Source of the DNA: Promethearchaeota archaeon
GTDB taxonomy: Archaea > Asgardarchaeota > Hermodarchaeia > Hermodarchaeales > Hermodarchaeaceae
Assembly (NCBI GenBank): GCA_048938295.1
Contig: JBHLMI010000007.1
Span: 1 to 32,000, forward strand
DNA length: 32,000 nt
Direction: 5' to 3'
Below the pieces are notes generated by a model that worked only from the letters and a program-made list of their open reading frames with translations, made no database searches and was not told the DNA's origin. Position numbers and translations under genes: made by a program. Below are positions 24,750 to 32,000 of the stretch, piece after piece. Each line of letters starts with the position of its first letter. Position 1 is the first letter of the stretch.

Positions 24750-25793
24750 TTAGAGAAAATCAGAAAGCTCAAGTTGTTTCCGGTGTTTGGGCACGATTTG
24801 CTTGATGTTCAGCTTCTCAAGCACGGCCCCGAAGGTGATAGTATTTCCACAGGTGAGATGAACGGCATGGGGTTGTGTTTGTGTCACATAGTCAATCAGC
24901 TGTTGAAAGTCAGCGTGAGCGGAGAGAACGAAGGATTTATCGAATTTCTTCATAGGAAATATCTTTGCCCAACCTGTAGCCACCGCACGGGAAATTGGTT
25001 GCCTGATTTGTGAATGAGGTTTTATTATATTGGCGGCGGAGAGATAGACGTAGCCACCGTGGTGCATTATTTCTCGTCCCTCATCAGACGCTTCATTGAA
25101 GAATTTGAGGGGAATTCCATACTGCATATAGACTTCGCTAATTGTTGCGATGGTTGGTTCAACAACAACAGGTACTGTGAGATAGGTGTTGATGATCCGG
25201 ATTATTTCTTGGGCCTTTCCTGTAGCATAGACTCGAAAAACTGGAACTCTTCCTTTTTTTAGCTCCTGACTTGTCCATTCAGCAATTTCAGTGTAAACTT
25301 GTTCACGCGGTGGAAAAACTGCATCAGGACGACCATATGTTGCTTCCATTAAGAGAATATCACAGGAAATGGGTTGGGCGCCTTTTGCAGTCATCGTAGA
25401 TTGAAGATTAAAATCTCCAGTGTAAACGAGACGCGTTCCATTCCTTTCAACTACAAATTGGGCTGCACCCAGCATGTGACCAGCAGGCTGAAGTTGAAGC
25501 GTCCCGCCATCCTCAAGCATATACTGCTTCCCAAGTTGTATTGTATGAAACCATGTAGGTTTTCCGAAACTGGCTTTGTAGATTTCCAGCGTTTCGGGGG
25601 TGATGATTTTTAGGAGATTATTTGTGAATCCCGCTGTGTGATCAGAATGAGCATGGGATATACAAACAGTCGTTTTTTGTGAACGCCATTTATTTGGAAT
25701 ATATGTGGGATCAAAGAGTAGACGGCTTTTACCTGCACGAATTGCAATGTTTCGAGATTTGATCAGTTGGATATCCTCGAAGGGGTTCAACAT
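24750..25793 (-). CDS. MBL-fold beta-CASP-like nuclease
   Basis: HAHSDH, AGHMLG, YTGD, EATYG, GKAQE and LSAHAD; C-terminus QLELSDFL. Confidence 0.88.
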   Translation of the reverse strand: MLNPFEDIQLIKSRNIAIRAGKSRLLFDPTYIPNKWRSQKTTVCISHAHSDHTAGFTNNLLKIITPETLEIYKASFGKPTWFHTIQLGKQYMLEDGGTLQLQPAGHMLGAAQFVVERNGTRLVYTGDFNLQSTMTAKGAQPISCDILLMEATYGRPDAVFPPREQVYTEIAEWTSQELKKGRVPVFRVYATGKAQEIIRIINTYLTVPVVVEPTIATISEVYMQYGIPLKFFNEASDEGREIMHHGGYVYLSAANIIKPHSQIRQPISRAVATGWAKIFPMKKFDKSFVLSAHADFQQLIDYVTQTQPHAVHLTCGNTITFGAVLEKLNIKQIVPKHRKQLELSDFL

Positions 25794-25897
25794 TATAGAA
25801 TCCCACTAATTCTGTAATTAAACGACTGATTGACTGGTTTTGCTGTAATCACTATTTTAAGCCTACTAGTAGTATCAACTGCAAATATTAATTGGAA

Positions 25898-26137
25898 CTA
25901 TAATCCTGGGAAGAAAATGTTGAAAAGCCCTGTACCAGCCATAAAAACGAGGGCGACGAGGGCAATTGATAGCAGCAGCACCGTAACTGGTCCCACTTTT
26001 ATTCCCTCACTCGAGTCTGCAAAGAAACGAATTAATCCTGCACCAGCTGCGGGCATGGGCCCTTCTGATGAACGTTTGCGTTTGGATTTTGGCAAGTTTT
26101 TCCCACCAGCTATATGTCTGGAATCCTTAAATCCCAA
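25898..26137 (-). CDS. Preprotein translocase subunit Sec61beta
   Basis: MPAAGAGLIRFF...IKVGPVTV followed by a single TM helix; true start probably downstream of the TTG given. Confidence 0.9.
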   Translation of the reverse strand: MGFKDSRHIAGGKNLPKSKRKRSSEGPMPAAGAGLIRFFADSSEGIKVGPVTVLLLSIALVALVFMAGTGLFNIFFPGL

Positions 26138-26148
26138 CCGTTTTTAAG

Positions 26149-26163
26149 GTTTCTTGAAGAAAC
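26149..26163. promoter_or_regulatory. Perfect 7-1-7 inverted repeat GTTTCTT-G-AAGAAAC, putative operator
   Basis: Immediately downstream of a TTTTTAAG TATA-like tract between divergent Sec61beta and glyA. Confidence 0.35.
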
Positions 26164-26198
26164 ATCTTCTCTCTGTTACAGAGTCAAACTTGTTAGAG

Positions 26199-27536
26199 AT
26201 GAAAAAAATGAAGCCTAGCGAAGCACGGTCAGCATATAACCAGATTTTCACCTTGTTAGAAAAACATCATTCATGGATGCGCGAAACGATTAATCTGATT
26301 GCTTCAGAGAATGTCCATTCTCCTGCGGTTCGAGAAGCGATGCAAATTGATTTTAGTGATCGGTATGCTGAAGGCTGGCCTGGAGAACGTGTATATGCAG
26401 GAACAAAATACATCGATGAAGTCGAAATCATGGCTAACGAGTTAACAAAGGCGCTTTTTCGAGCGGACTTTGCAGATGTCAGGCCGATAAGCGGCGTACT
26501 CGCAAACCTTAGTATTTTGACGGCATTTACTGAACCGGGTGACCGTATGATGTGTTTATCAATTCCAACGGGGGGTCACATTTCTTCTGCACGCCATAGG
26601 CTATGGGGAACCGCCGGTCGAGTCCATGGATTGAAAATTCAATATTTCAAGTACGATGAGTATGAATTGAATATAGATGTTGATGCCACGATTCGGAAAA
26701 TCGAGCGTTTACGAAAAAAGGGGAAGCACATAGATCTCTTCATGTTTGGTGCATCGGTCTTTCCATTTCCTCAACCACTTCCCGATATTGTTGACGTAGC
26801 AAAGGGATATGGCGCCTACGTGAATTATGATTCCGCGCATGTTGCAGGCCTAGTCGGTACAAATAGTTTTCAAGATCCGCTTCGTGAAGGAGCAGACAGT
26901 CTCACATTCAGCACACACAAAACGCTACCTGGACCACAGGGTGGATGTGTTGTTGCCCACGAGCAGTTTGCTGATCGAATTAAACGAGGAGTCTTCCCTG
27001 CGCTCCACAGTAACCATCATCTTCATCATGTAGCAGCGAAAGCAGTAGTAATGGCTGAAATGCTCGCTTTTGGGAAGGAGTATAGCCAACAAATTATTAA
27101 GAACGCACAAAGTCTTGGGCAAGCGCTTATGGAAGAAGGTTTCAAAGTTCTTGCGGAGCATAAGGGGTTTACAAAATCTCATGTTTTGCTCATTGAAGTT
27201 GCTGATACTCCTCTCCGCAATGGAAGGACTGTTGAAGAAAAACTCGAAGATGCAAACATCATTATCAACCGAAATTTGCTGCCATGGGATAAGCGCTTTG
27301 GACGGGACTACATTCGTCCAGGTGGAATACGACTGGGTACTAGCGAGATGACACGTTTGGGAATGAAAAAAGATGAAATGGCCCAAATTGCACGTTTTAT
27401 GCGCCGAATTGTATTCGACAAAGAAGAGCCAAAATCTGTAGCTAAGGATGTTGCGCAGTTTAGAAAAAGCTTCCAGAAGGTTCACTACGCTTTTGATACA
27501 GCTCGCGATGCCTACGAGTATATAAAAATACGATAG
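26199..27536 (+). CDS. glyA: Serine hydroxymethyltransferase
   Basis: NLIASEN, RYAEG, YDSAHVAGLV, FSTHKTLPGPQGG and GIRLGT. Start moved from TTG 26154 to the first ATG. Confidence 0.96.
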   Translation: MKKMKPSEARSAYNQIFTLLEKHHSWMRETINLIASENVHSPAVREAMQIDFSDRYAEGWPGERVYAGTKYIDEVEIMANELTKALFRADFADVRPISGVLANLSILTAFTEPGDRMMCLSIPTGGHISSARHRLWGTAGRVHGLKIQYFKYDEYELNIDVDATIRKIERLRKKGKHIDLFMFGASVFPFPQPLPDIVDVAKGYGAYVNYDSAHVAGLVGTNSFQDPLREGADSLTFSTHKTLPGPQGGCVVAHEQFADRIKRGVFPALHSNHHLHHVAAKAVVMAEMLAFGKEYSQQIIKNAQSLGQALMEEGFKVLAEHKGFTKSHVLLIEVADTPLRNGRTVEEKLEDANIIINRNLLPWDKRFGRDYIRPGGIRLGTSEMTRLGMKKDEMAQIARFMRRIVFDKEEPKSVAKDVAQFRKSFQKVHYAFDTARDAYEYIKIR

Positions 27537-27641
27537 CTAACCATTAAGGAATCCTTTTTAACGGTACTTGCTAATTTATTTCAGGATTTTCTTTGTCAAG
27601 ATTATTCTTTCAGTAGATTCTACCATTGGGAGGTGCTAAAT

Positions 27642-28487
27642 GTGAAAGTCAAAGAAGTGATGCACACTGAGTTTGCTCGGGCTGAAGTTCCAGGAACCCG
27701 TGACACCGTTCTCCAGATTATGGCAAATCATGGAAAAACTGCAATTCCATTAGTGAAGAAAGATACAGAAGAACTAGCGGGGATTGTCTCACGATTAGAC
27801 CTTATGCGCAAAGTTGAGGAGGACCAGCTAGCCCTTCTAATGGATCGTGATCCACCAGTAGTGTCTGAAAACGATGACGTTGAAGATGCTGTCCGCATTC
27901 TTTTAGATGAGGGGATTCGTCGGTTACCTGTCGTTGGTTCAAAGCGTCGACTCAAAGGAATGATTACTGTGCATCAAGTTATCCGGAAGGTAATCAGTGA
28001 ACAATATTCTGAAGAACTAATCACTCCCTTTGTTGAACGAAAGGTTACAGCTGTTTGGGAACATACGCCCGTTCAAGCGGCATATACCATCATGCGTCTA
28101 GCCTCCACAGATGTTTTACCGGTAATTTCTGAAAAAGGGGATCTTGTGGGCATAATCTCCGTGAGTGACATCATGAATCTGAGCGAAATTGTTCGAGAAC
28201 GCCGATCTACATCAGTTTCTGCCGCCAGTGAAGGAACCGATTGGTCCTGGGACGCTACCACTGTACTCTACATCACGACAAACGAGTTACAACTCCCTGA
28301 TAAACCCGTATCAGAGGTGATGGTCAGTGGGATTGTCACGACCTATGAACACGCGACCATTGGAGAAGTGACAAAAGTAATGCGGCGCAATGATATTGAT
28401 CAACTTCCTGTGACTGATGCTAAAGGTGAACTTTGCGGTATTATCCGTGATAAAGATCTTATGCGAATTCTTTTAGAAAAGAAGTAG
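27642..28487 (+). CDS. Tandem CBS-domain protein (two CBS pairs)
   Basis: Four repeats of the ..P(V)..G.L.GII pattern; SD GGAGGTG at 27629-27635 favours GTG 27642 as start. Confidence 0.9.
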   Translation: MKVKEVMHTEFARAEVPGTRDTVLQIMANHGKTAIPLVKKDTEELAGIVSRLDLMRKVEEDQLALLMDRDPPVVSENDDVEDAVRILLDEGIRRLPVVGSKRRLKGMITVHQVIRKVISEQYSEELITPFVERKVTAVWEHTPVQAAYTIMRLASTDVLPVISEKGDLVGIISVSDIMNLSEIVRERRSTSVSAASEGTDWSWDATTVLYITTNELQLPDKPVSEVMVSGIVTTYEHATIGEVTKVMRRNDIDQLPVTDAKGELCGIIRDKDLMRILLEKK

Positions 28488-28495
28488 TCAAGCAC

Positions 28496-31400
28496 TTACG
28501 GACTCTTGGTTGTAAACTGCTTTAGGGTGGATTGCTGATCAACCTCTTCAGATGGGAAGATGGAATTGATTACCCCTTTGGCTATCTCAAGCCGCTGTTT
28601 ATAGTATAAGGGTAATTGATAGTCTTCTACAATTTGGGAGGCTAAATCTACGTACTTGGTGATTCCAGCTTTGGTCACCGTTAAAACGAGTTTTCCTGAG
28701 CATGCAGGACACCGCCCGGTTAGGGGGATACGACGATATTTCTCGTTGCAACTTGTACAGCGAAATTGTTGCGAGGCAAATGCGCGGATATTTCCAAAGA
28801 TGTCGGGAAGGAAATGGGAATCGAGGAGCCGCCGGGCCATGTCCTGGACATCCACCGCGGCTATGCGCTTGCCCAAGGCTAGTTGCCTTTTCACTTTCTC
28901 TTCCATGGTCTTCAGTTTCGTATAAGTGGTAACGCGAGGACCGTAATTCACGTTCCTCGTCGGATGAGAAAACTCTAGCCCGTATGACTCCGCTGTGGCC
29001 TCAATGCGATGATCGACAATCCGGTGCGCCACCAAATCGAAGATGTCCTCAACATCCTTTGGATCAACAAACTGCCTTGCCTTTTCATAAAATTCCAACG
29101 GATAAATCCCATTTCCATCAATGTTATGCGCTTCATCATCGATCTCCTTCGGCGTAATCGACACACTCAACACCAACGGCGTATCCATCGACCCACCACG
29201 CGACGTCGGCAAATACGCCCGCGAAAAATTCAACATCGAATCAAGCGCCAACAACACACTATCCTCATCACCGTCGCAATTCCCAGTTAAACAAATAGAT
29301 GTATGTATATTCTTATAATGATAATTTTGAGCATCCTTAGGGATGACGCTTAGGCAATATGAAGGCATTTCCCTGTTTAGTACTTGAATTTTTGCCACTG
29401 GATCAAGAACGATTTTCGACCTACCTTCTAATACGTGTCGGGTTCCAATAGATGTTCTAATTATTCGTTTAACTGGAACCCCCTTGGATAAAATTCTTTG
29501 AGCGTTTTCTCGCCGTTTTGGGTGCATAAGCGTTAATCTTTCAAGAATTAGAAGATCAGGACCTCTAACGGAAATTCTGTGTAATATTTGATTTTTCGGT
29601 TTTTTCCCTAGTTCCTTGTATCTAGCTAGAACCATTGGACCATATCGTCCGGGTGAAGGATCTTTCCGGAGCCTATAGAATACTCCAAGAGTGCTAAGTA
29701 GAAGTCCAATATCACTAAGCAGTTTTTGTGAGACTGAATAGAATAGAATACAGCTATCTGTTGAAGGGATGCTTCCATCACCATCAATATAGGCGGAAAG
29801 AAAGTCTAGCTTTGACTTTTCATCTAATGAATAAATAAAATCAGGAATCCTTTTGCTATAAGCGTTAGTCCCCATTTTCCACGCGTATGCGAGGAGGTAG
29901 GCGTGGATGCGTCCGGTGTGGACGAGTTGGTGGTTGTCGTGTGTGTAGTAGGGGTCTGATCCGAGGACGGTTTGGATGAGGTGTCGGAGGTGTGTTCGTA
30001 GGGTGGGGTGGGGGACGCTGAAGTTGGTTTGGTAGCAGGTGGGTTCGTCGCGGATGTAGCCTTCGGCGACATAGTAAGCAAGCAGTCGTACGAAGTTTGA
30101 GTTGAATGGGATGTAGGGGGTGATAGTGTGGTCATCGCGGGCCATGCCAATTTGCGCGGTAGAAGGAATGTCGTTCCATTGGAAGACGCCTTCGTGTTCG
30201 AGGATTTCGAGGTGAGTTAGGGGGATGGAAGTGTACCACGCCTGGGTGAAAAGGCGAGTTTTGCGTCGACGAGGAATTTGGTTGGCGAAGTAGTGTTGGA
30301 GTATTTTGTTAATTTTTCGTGGACCGAGTGGGTCTGATGGATTGAGAGAGTGGGCGAATCTGTGGAGTGTTTTTCGCATCCAGGTTTCGGCGTTTCTGAG
30401 CCTGGTTTGGTGTTTGAAGGTTTGGAATTTTTCAGTGTTTGGTAGGTTGTCAGTAAGTTCTTGAAGGATATTGATGGTTTGGGGAGGATTTCTTTCAGGA
30501 ATGTTAATTGTATTGAGAATAGGGATCTGATCGCCGGGTTTGAGTTGGTGGGCTTTGGTGCGTTCGATGGTTTGCGTAGTGGGGTTCCAGATCATGGCGT
30601 TGTGGTCGGGGGTCATGGTGATGGTGCGTCCGGAGTGGGTGGTGATTGTGAGCCAGTGGTTGCTGGTGCCTTTGATCCAATGTTTGATGGGTTGGTAGAT
30701 GGGTTCATGGGTGGTGGGGTCGATACTGATGGTTCGCCAGTGAGTAAAGGGATTATCGATGGCAAGTGTCCCAAAGTCATCGACAATCTTGGCTGGTGTT
30801 CTCTTTTCTAAGAGTTCTTCAACGATATGGCCTAATGGGAGTTTGAGAAGTTTTTGATCATTAGTATCCCAGATGATGACCTCTTCATCAGCGTGGAGGC
30901 AGTTGCGACGTTTTGCGGCGTGCCAGAATGGGTGTGCGTAGCAGACGCGTAGGGGTGTGAAGCCGATGATGCGGCCGATGACGCCGGCTGAGGTGTGGGG
31001 GGCGAGGCCGATGACGAGGTGTCCTATGAGGTCTTCGGGGGTTTTGAGGTTGTAGAAGGGTTCTAGGTCGTAGACTTGGCTGAGGAGATCGTCAACGAAG
31101 TGGGATATCCGGAAGAGGTATTTTGCGCAGTCAAAGGGAACAACGATGTCTTGGATTTTGAGTTCGATAATTTGATTAGGGGTAGTAAGGGGTGCGCCGG
31201 TTTTGTCAAAATGATATCCAAGAGCATGGAGTGTGTCGAGTGACACGCTGATTTCGCTGGGTTTGAAGTGAGTAAGGGGTGCGTCAGTCATATCGAACCG
31301 GATGGTGCCATCTTTGTAGACGAAGAGATCATATTTTGCACGAAGTATCGCTTTTTCGAGGATTTCGGGGGTTTTATTTTTACTCATCAACCCTTTAACG

Positions 31401-32000
31401 CCTTTTACCCGGCTTGGTAGTTTTTGGCCTAATTTATTACGCGTATGTTGGAGTTCCTTTTTGAGTGGCGAGTCGATGGGTCCATATGTATTTGCCTCAG
31501 CTCCACATCGCGCACATTTCGGGGTTTTGCATTCGGCTTTGCAGATTGGGCACCAGTAGGTTTGTTCGGTTTCAATCTGACAACTTGAACAGATTCGTGC
31601 GAATGTGATTGTACCACATCGTGGACAAAGACGGTAATTGGCTTCGACTTCCACTTTCTTTTGCTTCTCCGCTTTCCGGATATCTCTCATTGAACCTCCA
31701 GCATTTCCAATGGGATATATCCCATGGGGGGGCGGTGACATTTGCCGCCGTTTAGCCTTTTCAGGACGTCCGATCCGTGCACCAATATAGAAGGTCCCCT
31801 TGGGATGTATCTGAATTGACCAGTTATTTTGTAAGTAATCTAAGGCATCAGTCTCATCAGGCTCAGGAGCAGCAAATTTACATTTGTTGGGCCCGATAAA
31901 CATGGCATGTAGAATTGGAGCGGCTTCGTCAAACCAAATTTGTTGCTCTTGGCACTTACAAGGAATGCCAAGCGTTTCAAGGATCTCTTCGATTCCATCA
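28496..32000 (-). CDS. polC: DNA polymerase D large subunit DP2, 5' part outside the window, intein-containing
   Basis: Frame open to the window edge; IGARIGRPEK, Zn-finger CxxC cluster, KGVKGL, DGTIRFD, GLAPHTSAG, KRRN|CDGDED, RGGSMD and C-terminal CTSC..CPAC. Confidence 0.97.
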   Translation of the reverse strand, partial: DGIEEILETLGIPCKCQEQQIWFDEAAPILHAMFIGPNKCKFAAPEPDETDALDYLQNNWSIQIHPKGTFYIGARIGRPEKAKRRQMSPPPHGIYPIGNAGGSMRDIRKAEKQKKVEVEANYRLCPRCGTITFARICSSCQIETEQTYWCPICKAECKTPKCARCGAEANTYGPIDSPLKKELQHTRNKLGQKLPSRVKGVKGLMSKNKTPEILEKAILRAKYDLFVYKDGTIRFDMTDAPLTHFKPSEISVSLDTLHALGYHFDKTGAPLTTPNQIIELKIQDIVVPFDCAKYLFRISHFVDDLLSQVYDLEPFYNLKTPEDLIGHLVIGLAPHTSAGVIGRIIGFTPLRVCYAHPFWHAAKRRNCLHADEEVIIWDTNDQKLLKLPLGHIVEELLEKRTPAKIVDDFGTLAIDNPFTHWRTISIDPTTHEPIYQPIKHWIKGTSNHWLTITTHSGRTITMTPDHNAMIWNPTTQTIERTKAHQLKPGDQIPILNTINIPERNPPQTINILQELTDNLPNTEKFQTFKHQTRLRNAETWMRKTLHRFAHSLNPSDPLGPRKINKILQHYFANQIPRRRKTRLFTQAWYTSIPLTHLEILEHEGVFQWNDIPSTAQIGMARDDHTITPYIPFNSNFVRLLAYYVAEGYIRDEPTCYQTNFSVPHPTLRTHLRHLIQTVLGSDPYYTHDNHQLVHTGRIHAYLLAYAWKMGTNAYSKRIPDFIYSLDEKSKLDFLSAYIDGDGSIPSTDSCILFYSVSQKLLSDIGLLLSTLGVFYRLRKDPSPGRYGPMVLARYKELGKKPKNQILHRISVRGPDLLILERLTLMHPKRRENAQRILSKGVPVKRIIRTSIGTRHVLEGRSKIVLDPVAKIQVLNREMPSYCLSVIPKDAQNYHYKNIHTSICLTGNCDGDEDSVLLALDSMLNFSRAYLPTSRGGSMDTPLVLSVSITPKEIDDEAHNIDGNGIYPLEFYEKARQFVDPKDVEDIFDLVAHRIVDHRIEATAESYGLEFSHPTRNVNYGPRVTTYTKLKTMEEKVKRQLALGKRIAAVDVQDMARRLLDSHFLPDIFGNIRAFASQQFRCTSCNEKYRRIPLTGRCPACSGKLVLTVTKAGITKYVDLASQIVEDYQLPLYYKQRLEIAKGVINSIFPSEEVDQQSTLKQFTTKSP
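29279..30901 (-). mobile_element. Intein with LAGLIDADG homing endonuclease in PolD DP2, 541 aa
   Basis: Inserted at the KRRN|CDGDED site; starts CLHADEE, block B TPDH, endonuclease blocks LLAYYVAEGY and FLSAYIDGDGS, block F YCLSV, ends TGN followed by Cys+1. Confidence 0.95.

Noticed and set aside
29279-29330. Class 3 intein mechanism suggested by the block F Cys and missing penultimate His
   Set aside because: Cys1 is present and the block B Trp of the WCT signature is absent; consistent with a class 1 DP2 intein variant.
29824-30811. Thr/Pro/Ser-rich ORF (29824-30150) and Gly/Val-rich ORF (30461-30811)
   Set aside because: Alternative frames of the intein produced by strand skew; not independent genes.
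1-32000. CRISPR arrays, rRNA genes, IS elements, Sec/Pyl readthrough
   Set aside because: No spaced direct repeats, rRNA motifs, transposases or in-frame stops interrupting recognisable domains were found by eye.

Overview
Archaeal core-genome window. An Asgard/TACK-type lineage is inferred from a Rab-like small GTPase, PolD, Sec61beta, a PAC4-like protein, the UPF0147/SSSCA1 pair and BHB tRNA introns. In order it holds: a pstSCAB phosphate ABC operon (pstB cut by the window edge and absent from the ORF track) with a divergent AbrB-PhoU regulator; a multi-zinc orphan; a solitary amino-DNA methyltransferase; a Rab-like GTPase; nth; the RNase P RNA gene (7922-8313); tsr3; nnr; a stand-alone Lrp domain; two convergent tRNA genes carrying three BHB introns, two of them in the D-loop; an IMPase; UPF0147 and SSSCA1; Hef; a PRC-barrel protein; a PUA/PAPS-reductase/ferredoxin fusion; DUF2070; a porGDAB-type oxidoreductase operon; a PAC4-like protein; an HD hydrolase; an MBL/beta-CASP nuclease with a C-terminal PIP-like box; Sec61beta; glyA; a CBS protein; and PolD DP2 (5'-truncated) with a 541-aa LAGLIDADG intein. 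The most unusual signal is compositional. Two local C/A-to-G/T strand-skew inversions fall inside genes: a sharp one at about 22490 in porB, and one whose centre lies within 29280-29880 in polC. They act on synonymous sites and resemble miniature origin-type skew flips. The second centre coincides with an AT-rich block that makes the intein look mosaic. No CRISPR array, rRNA or IS element was seen.
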